From NCBI GenBank assembly GCA_963761335.1, contig CAVXGR010000013.1, positions 288,001-352,000 on the forward strand: a stretch of 64,000 bases of DNA, in the 5' to 3' direction. Of the stretch, positions 8,579 to 18,414 are shown piece by piece (position 1 is the first letter of the stretch; every line of letters begins with the position of its first letter). Under the pieces are notes generated by a model that saw only the letters and a list, made by a program, of their open reading frames with translations, did not search any database and was not told where the DNA came from. This DNA comes from an uncultured delta proteobacterium (lineage in GTDB: Bacteria > Desulfobacterota > Binatia > HRBIN30 > BPIQ01). Both the position numbers and the translations under genes were made by a program.

Positions 8579-9502
8579 ATGACTGTACGCATCGGTATCG
8601 GTTTCGGCCTCTGGCGGCTCGGCATGCCGGGCCCGGAGGATATCTGCGCCTACGCGGAGCGCGCCGAGGACCTCGGCATCGACTCCATCTGGCTCTCGGA
8701 CCATCTGGTCTCCCGGCAGCCGAGTCTCGACGTCGCCTGTGTCATGGCGATGTTCGCGGCGCGCACCAAGCGCATCAAGATGGGACCGAGCGTTCTGACC
8801 CTACCGGCGCGCAATCCCGTGCAGGTCGCCAAGACCTATGCCACGCTTGACTATCTCACCGGCGGCTGTGGGCGAGTGATCCTGGCGGTCGGGCTCGGCA
8901 GCGATCCGCGCGATTGCATCGCCTCGGGCATCGACCCCGGCGAGCGGGCCGGGCGCATGGCCGAGGGCGTCGAGGTGCTGCGCCAGCTGTGGGGCGGCGA
9001 GCACGTGAGCCACCATGGCAAGTACTATCACTTCGACGACGTCACCCTGGCGCCGCGGCCGGCGCGCGGATCACTCGACGTGTGGATCGGCGGCCGCACC
9101 GACGCCGCCCTGCGCCGCGTCGCCGGTTACGGCGACGGCTGGTTCCCGTCGTTCGTCAGCCCCGAGGAGTTTCGCACCGGCATGGCGAAGCTACGGGAGA
9201 TGGCCCAGGAGAGGGGCAGGCAAATCGACCCGGGAGAGGCCGGAGTCGTCATCCTCACGCACGCCAGCCGCGATCGCGCCGAGACCGAGGCGGCCGCACA
9301 GAAGCTCTTCGAGAGCTTCCCGGTGCCCGCCGAGGCGCTGGCGGCGCGCTGCGCCATCGGCACGCCGGAAGAGTGCGCCGACAAGGTACGCGCCTACGTC
9401 GAGGCGGGGTGCAGCAAGTTCGTGCTCTGGCCGATCGCGCCAGCGGAGCTGCTGCTGGCGCAGATCGAGACCTTCGGCCGCGAGATCGTGCCGCGTTTCT
9501 GA
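8579..9502 (+). CDS. LLM-class flavin/F420-dependent oxidoreductase
   Basis: AEDLGIDSIWLSDH, R..VAKTYATLD.L..GRVILAVGLG, WIGG and YGDGW motifs. Confidence 0.9.
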   Translation: MTVRIGIGFGLWRLGMPGPEDICAYAERAEDLGIDSIWLSDHLVSRQPSLDVACVMAMFAARTKRIKMGPSVLTLPARNPVQVAKTYATLDYLTGGCGRVILAVGLGSDPRDCIASGIDPGERAGRMAEGVEVLRQLWGGEHVSHHGKYYHFDDVTLAPRPARGSLDVWIGGRTDAALRRVAGYGDGWFPSFVSPEEFRTGMAKLREMAQERGRQIDPGEAGVVILTHASRDRAETEAAAQKLFESFPVPAEALAARCAIGTPEECADKVRAYVEAGCSKFVLWPIAPAELLLAQIETFGREIVPRF

Positions 9503-9529
9503 TCGGCGGTGAAACGCGGCTCACCCCGA

Positions 9530-10477
9530 TTAGAAACGAACCGCCGCCAGCTTGGCCGTGCTCACCACCGAGTAGACGCCGCGGATGCGGCCGGAGGCGG
9601 CGACGTCGATGGTGATGACGGCGCGCGGCGGATCCCCGGGTCGGCCGGAGCCGAAATCGCCGACCAGTGCCGGCAGGCCGTTGATCGAACGCACCTCGAG
9701 GTGAGCGCCGGCGGCGCGCATGCCGGCGATCTTGGCGTGGAAGCGCGCCACCCGGCCGGCGCCGATGAGCGGCACGCGGGCGGCGTGAAACTCGCCGTCG
9801 CTGTCGTTCAAGGCCCGCGCGTCCTCGGTGAGCAACGCCTCGACCGCGGGTACGTCCTGGCGGAGGAGGGCCGTCAGGAACTTCTCCATGGCCTGGCGCG
9901 TGCCCTCGCGCCGTCGGGTCATCGGCTGTCGCTGCCGGTCATAGGCTTCCATGGCGCGCCGGGCGCGGTGGTGCGTCGTCTTGACGTTGGGCTCGGAGAG
10001 ACCGAGCACCGATGCCGCCTCGCGCACCGAGTAGTCGAAGACGTCGCGCAGAACGAGCACGGCGCGCTGCTGCGGCGTCAGCACCTCGAGTGCGAGCAGG
10101 AACGCGAAGGTGACACTCTCCATCATCTCGTAGCGGCTCTCGGTCGGGCTGCCGGCGGCGGGCGTGCCCTCGGCGAAATCCTCGTCGCCGGTTTCGATGG
10201 GCGCCGGCAGCCAGGGCCCGCGGTACGCCCGCCGCCGGCGGCGGCGCAGCAGGTCGCGGCCGAGGTTGAGCGCCACGCGTGCCAGCCACGGCCGCAGCGG
10301 CTCACCGGTCCGCTGCGGCGCATGCTCGAGGGCGCGGACGAAGGTCTCCTGGACGACGTCGTCGGCGTCGGCGGCGCTGCCGGTCATGCGGTACGACAGC
10401 CCCCAGAGGAAGCGCTGGTGCGCCCGAAAGGCCTCCTCGAGACCGGGGTCCGGAACGGCGGAGCTCGCGGGGTTCAT
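9530..10477 (-). CDS. ECF sigma-70 factor with C-terminal SnoaL-like extension (ECF41/SigJ-like)
   Basis: YRMTGS..DADDVVQE; YRGPWLPAP; LEVLTPQQRAVLVLRDVFDYS; ~120-aa SnoaL-like tail. Confidence 0.9.
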   Translation of the reverse strand: MNPASSAVPDPGLEEAFRAHQRFLWGLSYRMTGSAADADDVVQETFVRALEHAPQRTGEPLRPWLARVALNLGRDLLRRRRRRAYRGPWLPAPIETGDEDFAEGTPAAGSPTESRYEMMESVTFAFLLALEVLTPQQRAVLVLRDVFDYSVREAASVLGLSEPNVKTTHHRARRAMEAYDRQRQPMTRRREGTRQAMEKFLTALLRQDVPAVEALLTEDARALNDSDGEFHAARVPLIGAGRVARFHAKIAGMRAAGAHLEVRSINGLPALVGDFGSGRPGDPPRAVITIDVAASGRIRGVYSVVSTAKLAAVRF

Positions 10478-10544
10478 GCGCGTCCACCGAGGCTACGGCC
10501 GCGCCGGGTCCCGGTCAAGAACGGGATGTTCGCCAGAGCGGCGG

Positions 10545-11522
10545 TCAGCCGGCGGCGGGCGCCCAGATGCGCAGCGCCTTCCACAGCACCGCGGAGCGCG
10601 AGTTGAGGATGCCGAGCTCACGGCACAGCTCGCGCGGCTTGCGCAGCGCCTCGAGGGTCAACCGCTCGTGCGCCGAGCCGCGCCCGTACGCCTCGCGCAT
10701 GACCTCGGCGGGGATGCCGTAGGTGCGCACCAAGTGACCGCTCGGCCGCATCATGATGCCGGCGGAGATCTTGAAGATCACCGGGGTGCGCAGCTGCAGC
10801 ATGGCCATCTTGAAGCGGCCGAGCTGCGGCACATGGCGGCGCAAGAAGTGCCGCGCGAAGGACATGTGACGCGCCTCCTCGAGGATGTGGATGCGGCTGA
10901 TGCGTTCCAGCAGCGGGTGGAGCTCGGTGCCGCTCTGCAGCATGCGCCGCTGAAACCAGTCGATGGGGTCCTCGCCGCTCAGCACCAGCATGAAGAAGAG
11001 CTCGGGGAAGCGGCGCCCGAAGCGGATCACCTGGCGCTGCGCCTTGCCGAGAATGCGCGGCGGGCGCACCTGGAGCCCGGTGCGCATGACGAACTCGTGG
11101 AAGATCAGAGAGTGCTGCGCCTCCTCGATCACCTCGTGATAGGCGTAGCGAAACTCCGGGGCATCGTCGGGCAGGGTGTCGACGTACTCGAGGATGCCGC
11201 GCTTGAGAATGCTCTCGAAGGTCCAGCCGACGCGCGCAAAGGTGGCGAACAGGTGCAGCCCGAGGCGGGCGCGGATCTCCGGCGGCTGGGCCCGGTACCA
11301 GGCCGTGGCTCCGAGAGGATCGTCGGCCGGAAGCGCAAAGCGGGGATCGTTCGGATCGATGGCATACTCCGGGTCGTCCCAGGGGACGTCGGCGTAGGCG
11401 TCGTAGTGCTTGACGACCGACTGGTGCGAGAGCCGCGCCAGCAGCTGCTGATAGGCGCTCTCCTCACCCTGGCGACGCTCCTCCTCGGGGAGCTCGAGAG
11501 CGGAAGTCATCGTCGCTTCCAT
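10545..11522 (-). CDS. AurF-family diiron (N-)oxygenase
   Basis: EVIEEAQH, LSGEDPID and HILEEARH diiron ligand motifs; GGAGG RBS before ATG 11522. Confidence 0.85.
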   Translation of the reverse strand: MEATMTSALELPEEERRQGEESAYQQLLARLSHQSVVKHYDAYADVPWDDPEYAIDPNDPRFALPADDPLGATAWYRAQPPEIRARLGLHLFATFARVGWTFESILKRGILEYVDTLPDDAPEFRYAYHEVIEEAQHSLIFHEFVMRTGLQVRPPRILGKAQRQVIRFGRRFPELFFMLVLSGEDPIDWFQRRMLQSGTELHPLLERISRIHILEEARHMSFARHFLRRHVPQLGRFKMAMLQLRTPVIFKISAGIMMRPSGHLVRTYGIPAEVMREAYGRGSAHERLTLEALRKPRELCRELGILNSRSAVLWKALRIWAPAAG

Positions 11523-11550
11523 TGTTCCTCCTGTTTCCAATTTCGGCCGG

Positions 11551-12213
11551 TCATACGTCGGTCGTTGCCTCCGCGGCGGGAACTGCGGCCAGCAGCAGCG
11601 GCACCAGCTGCGGGTCGAGGCGACGCGCCACCATGAAGATCACCAGATGACGCAGCTCCTCGAAGGCGTCGTCGAGCGACATCTCCGCGGGATCGACCTG
11701 GCGGCCCAGGGCCACGCCGTCGAGCAGCGCCAGGATCATTCCGGCAACGACCTCCACCTGTGGCAGGTCGGCACCGAGCGCGTCGCCGATGCCGTGCACC
11801 AGGGCGCCGCGGGCGCGGTGAATGATCGACTTGAGAATGGCGCGGATCTCGGGCTTCTCGTCGGCGACCTCGAGGGCGAGGATCTGCAACAGCTTGAAGA
11901 TCCAGGGACGTTCCTCGAGGACGGCGCGCATCCCGGCGAGGGCGCGTTCCAGGCGCTCGAGCGGCTCGCCCGCCTGACGCGCCGCCTCCTGAATGCCGTC
12001 GATCCACACCGTCGCGGCGCGCTCCAGAACCGCGGCGAGGAGCCCCTCCTTGCTGCCGAAGTGATAGTAGATCGCCGTCTTGGCAATCCCGGAGCGGCTG
12101 GCCAGCTCGTCGACGCCGGCGGCCTGATAGCCCTTCTGCGAGAAGAGCTCCATGGCCGTCTGCACGATCCGCTCACGGCTCGCGGCGCTGTCGCGTTTAC
12201 CCTTTGGACTCAT
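11551..12213 (-). CDS. TetR/AcrR family transcriptional regulator
   Basis: N-terminal HTH: AMELFSQKGY...GIAKTAIYYHFGSKEGL. Confidence 0.92.
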   Translation of the reverse strand: MSPKGKRDSAASRERIVQTAMELFSQKGYQAAGVDELASRSGIAKTAIYYHFGSKEGLLAAVLERAATVWIDGIQEAARQAGEPLERLERALAGMRAVLEERPWIFKLLQILALEVADEKPEIRAILKSIIHRARGALVHGIGDALGADLPQVEVVAGMILALLDGVALGRQVDPAEMSLDDAFEELRHLVIFMVARRLDPQLVPLLLAAVPAAEATTDV

Positions 12214-12220
12214 CGCGTAC

Positions 12221-12256
12221 GTACCGTTCTGTACAATTGAACGAACGGTCTGTCAA
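12221..12256 (-). promoter_or_regulatory. Promoter with tandem imperfect palindromes (candidate TetR autoregulatory operators)
   Basis: TTGACA on the minus strand at 12251-12256; GTACCGTTCTGTAC (12221-12234) and GAACGAACGGTC; ACCGTTC...GAACGGT inverted repeat. Confidence 0.55.
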
Positions 12257-12314
12257 GCATCTATGTGCGGAGGGCGATGGCGCCCTACGGCCGGGACGGC
12301 CGCGCTCCCAGGAG

Positions 12315-13238
12315 CTATTCCACCAGGATGTTCCGCAGCGCCGGCGCCAGTGTCGGGTAGCGGAACTGGTATCCCAGAGCGAGCGCCGCCTTCGGCAGCA
12401 CCCGCTGGCCCTCGAGGAGGATGTCGGCCATCTCCCCGAGCGCCAGACGCACGGCGAAGCCCGGCACGGGCAGCCACGACGGGCGCCCGAGCACGGCGCC
12501 GAGTGTCCGGCAGAGCTCGCTCATCGGCTGCGGCTCGGGAGCCGTGGCGTTGAGCGCCCCGCGGGCGCGCCCGTCGCCGAGCGCCGTCTCGATCATGCCG
12601 ATCACGTCGTCGCGGTGGATCCACGACATCCACTGCCGGCCGCTGCCCACGGGGCCGCCGGCGTAGAGCTTGAACGGGATCACCATTTGCTCGAGGGCAC
12701 CGCCGCCCTCGCCGAGGACGACGCCGATGCGCGGGTTCACCACCCGCACTCCCAGCTCCTCGGCGGCGCGCGCCTCCCTCTCCCACTCCGCGCACACCGA
12801 CGCCAGGAAGTCATCACCGGCCGGCGACGACTCATCCAGGGCCTCGTCGCCGTGCGCGCCGTAGTAACCGACCGCCGAGGCGCTGACGAAGACCGCGGGG
12901 CGCTCGGAGCGGGCGCGCATACCCGCCACCAGGGCGCGGGTGATCTCGACGCGGCTCGAGCGAATGCGCCGCTTGCGCTCCTCGGTCCAGCGACCGGAGG
13001 CGATCGATTCGCCGGCGAGGTTGACCACGGCGGCGCAGCCGTCCAGCAGCTGCGCCCAACCTTCGACTGTCGGCGGCAGCTCCAGCACCTCCACCCGAGA
13101 GTCGAGCCCCGCCTTCTGCGGATGGCGGGAGACGGCACGCACCTGCCATCTCTCCAGCAGGCGCACCGTCAGAGGCGTGCCGATGAAGCCGGTCCCGCCG
13201 GTGATCAGGATCCTCTCCCTGGAAGTGTTCTGCGGCAC
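12315..13238 (-). CDS. TIGR01777/YfcH family NAD-dependent epimerase-like oxidoreductase
   Basis: ITGGTGFIG, VVNLAGE, RW...K..I..SR, SASAVGYYG, GSGRQWMSWIH and QRVLP motifs. Confidence 0.92.
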   Translation of the reverse strand: MPQNTSRERILITGGTGFIGTPLTVRLLERWQVRAVSRHPQKAGLDSRVEVLELPPTVEGWAQLLDGCAAVVNLAGESIASGRWTEERKRRIRSSRVEITRALVAGMRARSERPAVFVSASAVGYYGAHGDEALDESSPAGDDFLASVCAEWEREARAAEELGVRVVNPRIGVVLGEGGGALEQMVIPFKLYAGGPVGSGRQWMSWIHRDDVIGMIETALGDGRARGALNATAPEPQPMSELCRTLGAVLGRPSWLPVPGFAVRLALGEMADILLEGQRVLPKAALALGYQFRYPTLAPALRNILVE

Positions 13239-13240
13239 GG

Positions 13241-13639
13241 TCAGCCCATGGTACCGATGTGCTCGGGCTCGATGAGATAGATCACCCGCACCTCTCCCGG
13301 CTTGCGGTTGGGGTACTCGTCGAGACCGAGGTACTTCTTCGCCAGCGCGTCGATGTGGTTGTCGGCGCCCTCTTCGGTGATCTTGGTCACGCGGCCGCGC
13401 ACGGCGAGGTGGCGATACGGGTTCTCGGGATCGATGATCGAGACGGCGACGCGCGCATCGCGGCGCATGTTCTGGTCCTTGAGCCGGCCCTTGGCCGAGT
13501 TGATGCGAATGTGGGCCCCGTCGTAGTCCAACCAGACGGGGGTCACCTGCGGGCTTCCGTCGGGCATCAGCGTCGCCAGATCGGCGAACGCCTTGCGGTC
13601 GAGCAGGTCACGGAACTTCGCCGGAATCGTCTTCGCCAT
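13241..13639 (-). CDS. PPOX-class F420-dependent oxidoreductase
   Basis: LATLMPDGSPQVTPVW, K..NMRRDARVAVSI and IDALAKKY motifs; GGAGG RBS. Confidence 0.88.
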   Translation of the reverse strand: MAKTIPAKFRDLLDRKAFADLATLMPDGSPQVTPVWLDYDGAHIRINSAKGRLKDQNMRRDARVAVSIIDPENPYRHLAVRGRVTKITEEGADNHIDALAKKYLGLDEYPNRKPGEVRVIYLIEPEHIGTMG

Positions 13640-13717
13640 TTGCGCGTCCCTCCAGATCGAAAAGTGTGTGCTTCTCTCCATCATGCACGGGCCTGAGGCC
13701 GGTGCAATGCGGCGACG

Positions 13718-16036
13718 TCAGAACAGCGACAGCTGCCGGCGCGCTCCGGTGATGTCGTCGAAATCGGAGCCGAGGAAACGCAGGATTGCGGCGGCCACCG
13801 GTTTCACCTGGTGGGCGACGTAGTGCTCGTAGTCGAGGGCCGCGGTGACCTCGCCGGCGAGCTCCGGTCCGGCGGCGGTGATGACGTACTCGACGATGCG
13901 CCCGGTCTGACCGCCGCGGCGCGCCGCCCGCACGTGCGGCGGTGTGGTCTTGGTGTAGGCGTCGAGGTGCTTGCGCACCGCCTTTTTGTACACCAGCAGC
14001 GCGTCGAGCTCGCCGTCGCGCAGTCGGCGCACGAAGTCGCGGACGAAGTCGTCGACAGGTCGATCGTGAAAGACGAGGTCGAGGAGGTCGTGCTGGAGCC
14101 GCTTGGCGACCTCGGTCCAGTCGCGCCGCACCGCCTCCAGCCCCACGAACTCGATGCGCTCGGCGCCGCCGTCCGCCGCCACCAGACCGGCGTAGCGCTT
14201 CTTGCTGCCGATCTTACCGCCGCGCACCTCGGGCATGAAGAAGCGCGCATAGAGCTTCTGGAACTGCAGATCGAGAAAGCTCTCGCAAGCGAACGCCTGG
14301 CGCACGTGCTCGCCTACCTCGGCGGTGACGGCGGCGCCGAGCTCGACCCCGAGGCGCGCGGCGGCGGCGACCTCGCCCTCGTGCGCGTCGACGAAGAGCG
14401 AGTCGGTATCGCCGTAGATGACCTCGTAGCCGCGCGCCCGCATGCGGCCGGCGGCGTGCTGGATCAGGTACTGTCCGAAATGGGTGATCGCATTGGCGAC
14501 CGCCGGCGAGAACAGCCGCGAGGCACCGGCGCCGAGCACGCCGAAGAGCGAGTTCATCAGGATCTTGATGGCGTTGGCGGCCACCGGATTGCCGGCCCGC
14601 CGCGCCTGCTCGCGCTCTGCCGCCAGCCGCGCCACCAGCTCGGGGAGGATGCCCCGTGGCTGGCGCGCAAAGCAGGCGCCGTTGGGAGCGCGGATGACGC
14701 CGGCATCGCCCTCGGGCGGCTCGAGAACGCGCGTCAGCGGATCCAGATTGAAGGTGCGGATGATGCTCGGGTACAGGCTCTTGAAGTCGAAGACCAGGAT
14801 GTTCCGGTAGAGCCCCGGCTGTGACTCCATGACGTAGCCGCCGGTGATCCGCGCCGCCGCGGCGTCTCCCACCGACGGCGTCACCACGCCGCGGCGGCGC
14901 GCCTCGGCGAGATACAGGGAGTCCACCGAGGCGATGGCAGCGCTGACGCGGTCCAGGGGCATGCCGGTCAGCAGAGATCGGTTCACCGCCAGCTCGATCA
15001 GCTGCGTCGCCTCGAGGATCTGCGACACCAGGCGGGCGTCCTGCAGGTTGTACTCTGCCAGGCGCTCGGGATTCTGCCGATACGCGGTCTCGATCTGCAC
15101 GTGGCGATCCGGCCCGGAGAAGAGCTTGCCGCTGCCGAGAAACGTCTGCGCCGCCGTCTCCAGCCTGTAGTCCTCGAGCTTGATGAAAGCGCCGCGCATG
15201 AGACTCAGGCCGTCGAGAACCTGTCGCCCGTAGATGACGGCGCGCGACTCGCGCGTGAACGAGGCGTCGCGGCGCGCCTCGAACTCGTCTTCCGAGCGCC
15301 CCAGGACACAGCGGATGTGGTGCTCGCGACAGCGGCGCTGCAGCACCACCAGATCGAAATCGACCACATTCCAGCCGGTGATCACGTCCGGGTCGAGCTC
15401 GCGCAGGAGCTCGATGAAGCGGCGCAGGAGGACCTCCTCCGAGGTCAGCACCTCGGCGCCGGCCACCGGCCGATCGGCGACCATGAGCACTCGCTCGGTC
15501 GCCGCGCCGTGCACGGCGATGGAGTAGGCGCGCTCGGCGCGCGGGCTGGTCTCGATGTCGATCGACAGCACTCGCAACGGCGGAATCCACTCCGCCGGCG
15601 CCAGCGACGGGTTGCGGTAGACGCGGCCGAGCCGCGGGTGCGTCTCGTGGTCTCCATCCACGGTGAAGGCGCCGCGAATGCCGCGATCGATGAGATAGCG
15701 ATAGGCGAACCGCACGTCGGCTTCGAAGCAGGCGATGCCGGCGCGCTCCAGCCGCCGGCGCAGCGGCGGCACCTCGCCGGGAATGCCGGCGCGAACCTCG
15801 GCCACCGGGGCGCCGTTGAGCGACCGCAGGTCAGCGGCGGCGATCTCGATGCCGCGAACCGCCCGCCTCGCCTCGTCGGCGCGATCGGCGGGGATGTAGA
15901 AGTACGGGCGCACCCGGTCGTCGGCAATCAGGCAGGCCTCGCCGCTCTCCAGTACTCCGTAGAGGTGGACGACGGGCACGCCGCCCTCGAGACGATAGGT
16001 GGGCGTCAGGACGAAGCCGCGGACCGGGGCGCTCAT
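13718..16036 (-). CDS. polB: DNA polymerase II (family B)
   Basis: Exonuclease motifs DIET, GWNVVDFD, YNLQD; polymerase motifs DFKSLYPS, KILMNS, YGDTDS, KKRY; C-terminal clamp motif QLSLF. Confidence 0.95.
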   Translation of the reverse strand: MSAPVRGFVLTPTYRLEGGVPVVHLYGVLESGEACLIADDRVRPYFYIPADRADEARRAVRGIEIAAADLRSLNGAPVAEVRAGIPGEVPPLRRRLERAGIACFEADVRFAYRYLIDRGIRGAFTVDGDHETHPRLGRVYRNPSLAPAEWIPPLRVLSIDIETSPRAERAYSIAVHGAATERVLMVADRPVAGAEVLTSEEVLLRRFIELLRELDPDVITGWNVVDFDLVVLQRRCREHHIRCVLGRSEDEFEARRDASFTRESRAVIYGRQVLDGLSLMRGAFIKLEDYRLETAAQTFLGSGKLFSGPDRHVQIETAYRQNPERLAEYNLQDARLVSQILEATQLIELAVNRSLLTGMPLDRVSAAIASVDSLYLAEARRRGVVTPSVGDAAAARITGGYVMESQPGLYRNILVFDFKSLYPSIIRTFNLDPLTRVLEPPEGDAGVIRAPNGACFARQPRGILPELVARLAAEREQARRAGNPVAANAIKILMNSLFGVLGAGASRLFSPAVANAITHFGQYLIQHAAGRMRARGYEVIYGDTDSLFVDAHEGEVAAAARLGVELGAAVTAEVGEHVRQAFACESFLDLQFQKLYARFFMPEVRGGKIGSKKRYAGLVAADGGAERIEFVGLEAVRRDWTEVAKRLQHDLLDLVFHDRPVDDFVRDFVRRLRDGELDALLVYKKAVRKHLDAYTKTTPPHVRAARRGGQTGRIVEYVITAAGPELAGEVTAALDYEHYVAHQVKPVAAAILRFLGSDFDDITGARRQLSLF

Positions 16037-16093
16037 CGCCTGCTCGCTGGGCGGCTCGCTCGCCGGAACCGCCACCGGATGGGCGCCGCTGCC

Positions 16094-16375
16094 TCAGCGC
16101 TTGAGGATGACAAACTGGCTGCGCAGGTCCGCCACCTGGTCCTGCACGGACGGGCGCCGGCGCGCCTCGGTGACTGCCTGAAACAGCTCCACCTCGGTCG
16201 CCTCGCTTCTCTGCTCCTCACCGGCGCGCACCGCATCGAGAATCTCGTGGATCAGCCTGGGAATGTCGCGCTGCGGAATGACCAAATCGCCGCGCCCGAG
16301 AGTTCCGCTCCAGTTCGACGCATATGGGCGGAGCACCTGAAGGATGTTCTCGCTGATGCTGCGTTCACTGGCCAT
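16094..16375 (-). CDS. Hypothetical protein (93 aa)
   Basis: AAGGAG RBS, protein-like composition, fills the gap upstream of polB. Confidence 0.6.
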   Translation of the reverse strand: MASERSISENILQVLRPYASNWSGTLGRGDLVIPQRDIPRLIHEILDAVRAGEEQRSEATEVELFQAVTEARRRPSVQDQVADLRSQFVILKR

Positions 16376-16551
16376 GGTTCGCTCCTTCGCGCCGCGCGCT
16401 TGTCGCTGAGCGTCGGGGCTGCTCGTCGCGTCCCCGATTCATAACACAGCCCCGGCGGCGGGGAAACTCAGGCAACGGGGTCCCCCTGGCCCGCCGCTCC
16501 GAAGGGCGCTACAAACTCTGCCAGAAATGAAGAACCCGAGGAGGATCGGCA

Positions 16552-17454
16552 ATGGCGAAGCTCTGTGAAGGACGGGTGGCGATCGTTACCGGCGCCGGAC
16601 GCGGCATCGGCCGCGAGCACGCGCTCATGCTGGCCGCCCACGGCGCCAAGGTGGTGGTCAACGATCTCGGCGGCGCGCGCGACGGCACCGGCGCCTCCCT
16701 CGGGCCGGCGGCATCCGTGGTCGAGGAGATCCATGCCGCCGGCGGCGAGGCGGTCGTCAACGGCGACGACATCAGCAGCTGGCAGGGCGCCGAGCGCCTG
16801 ATCGCGCAGGCCGTGGGGGCCTTCGGACACCTCGACGTGCTGGTGAACAACGCCGGCATCCTGCGCGACCGCATGCTGGTGAACATGACCGAGGCGGAGT
16901 GGGACGCGGTCATCAAGGTGCATCTCAAGGGCACCTTCGCGCCGGCGCACTTCGCCGCGGCGCACTGGCGCGACCTGCGCAAGGCCGGCAAGGACGTCGA
17001 CGCCCGCATCATCAACACCACCTCCGTCTCCGGCATCTACGGCAACCCGGGCCAGACCAACTACGGAGCCGCCAAGGCCGGCATCGCCGCCTTCACCATC
17101 ATCGCCGCCCGCGAGCTCGGACGCTACGGCATCACCGTGAACGCCGTAGCTCCCGGGGCGCTGACGCGTATGACCGAGGATCTCGGCATGGGCCGCGCCA
17201 GCGACGAGGAGAAGGAGCGCCTGCACCCCCGCTGGATCGCCCCCATCGTCACCTGGCTGGCGAGCACCGAGTCGAAAGAGATCACCGGCCGCGTCTTCGA
17301 AGCCTCGGGACGCGTCCTCGCCATCGCCGAGAGCTGGCACCGCGGTCCGGTCACCCAGCCCGTCGACGATCCCACCCTGATCGGCCCGGCGGTCGCCGAG
17401 CTCATGAAGAAGGCGCGCAAGAACGCCGGCATGGACGGCCAGGACCTCGACTGA
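16552..17454 (+). CDS. SDR oxidoreductase (MFE-2/3-hydroxyacyl-CoA dehydrogenase-like)
   Basis: TGAGRGIG, VVVNDLG, NNAGILRD and YGAAK motifs. Confidence 0.93.
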   Translation: MAKLCEGRVAIVTGAGRGIGREHALMLAAHGAKVVVNDLGGARDGTGASLGPAASVVEEIHAAGGEAVVNGDDISSWQGAERLIAQAVGAFGHLDVLVNNAGILRDRMLVNMTEAEWDAVIKVHLKGTFAPAHFAAAHWRDLRKAGKDVDARIINTTSVSGIYGNPGQTNYGAAKAGIAAFTIIAARELGRYGITVNAVAPGALTRMTEDLGMGRASDEEKERLHPRWIAPIVTWLASTESKEITGRVFEASGRVLAIAESWHRGPVTQPVDDPTLIGPAVAELMKKARKNAGMDGQDLD

Positions 17455-17575
17455 GCACCGCGACGAGTCGCTGGCCGGGGAGGTGCGCGCGCCGTTGATC
17501 GCTCACAGAGAAACCTCGGTTTGAACTTCCCAACGGCAGCGTGCTACTCGAAAAACTCGGAGGAAATTCGCATCC

Positions 17576-18406
17576 ATGGCAACGATGATCACCAGCGAGT
17601 GCATCAACTGCGGCGCCTGCGAGCCGGAGTGCCCGAACACCGCGATCTATCAGGGCGGCGTCGAATGGGAGATGAACGGCCAGAAGCACGCCGCGCTGTC
17701 GAGCGACATCTTCTACATCGTGCCGGAGAAGTGCACTGAATGCGTCGGCTTCCACGACCACGAAGCCTGCGCCGCCGTGTGTCCCGTCGACTGCTGCATT
17801 CCCAATCCCGACATTCCCGAGAGCGAGGAGCTGCTGATCGGCCGCGCTCGGCAGCTCCACCCGGGTGAGGAGTTCGCCGCCGACTTCCCGTCCCGTTTCA
17901 AGAAGGACGGCACCGCAGCCCCGGTCCCCGCTGGCAACGGCGGCGGGGAGGCGCCCGCTCCGGCTCCGGCCGCCAAGCCGGCTCCGCAGGCCGCCGCGGC
18001 GGCGGCGCCCGCGGCACCGGCAATCGCCGTCGCTCCCGTCTCCTCGCTGGCGATCCCGGCGATCGACGACTGGGAGATCCCCATCGAGTGCTTTCGCTGC
18101 CACGGCAGCTACGCCGTCGCCTTCCGGCACTTCCGCTCCGGCGTCGTCTTCTACTGCCCGTTCTGCAGCGGCTCCTTGGTCGTCAACCTGCCGATGCACC
18201 AGCGGGTGGCCGAGTCGTTGCAGGGATTCCACGCGCAGTGGGCAGCCGACTTCGAGGCCTTCCAGCAGAAGCGGCAGCGCGAGCTGGTGGAGTTCGAGGA
18301 GAGGCAGCGCCGCGCCCTGGAAGAGTTCAACCAGGAGCTGAGCAGTGCCTGCGGCGAGCTGCGGCCGCCGGGTAAGCCCCGCAAACGCGCCTGGATCTTC
18401 GGCTGA
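17576..18406 (+). CDS. YfhL-type 2x[4Fe-4S] ferredoxin fused via an Ala/Pro linker to a Zn-ribbon/coiled-coil domain
   Basis: CINCGACEPECP and CTECVG...CAAVCP motifs; C-terminal CFRC...CPFC plus helical tail. Confidence 0.85.
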   Translation: MATMITSECINCGACEPECPNTAIYQGGVEWEMNGQKHAALSSDIFYIVPEKCTECVGFHDHEACAAVCPVDCCIPNPDIPESEELLIGRARQLHPGEEFAADFPSRFKKDGTAAPVPAGNGGGEAPAPAPAAKPAPQAAAAAAPAAPAIAVAPVSSLAIPAIDDWEIPIECFRCHGSYAVAFRHFRSGVVFYCPFCSGSLVVNLPMHQRVAESLQGFHAQWAADFEAFQQKRQRELVEFEERQRRALEEFNQELSSACGELRPPGKPRKRAWIFG

Positions 18407-18414
18407 CCGGCGCC

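Noticed and set aside
13718..16036. Phage, casposon or pipolin-type PolB marking a mobile element
   Set aside because: The sequence is typical cellular Pol II with a clamp motif; there is no integrase, terminal repeat or phage gene nearby
16037..16551. LexA/SOS box upstream of polB
   Set aside because: No convincing CTGT-N8-ACAG or GAAC-N4-GTTC match
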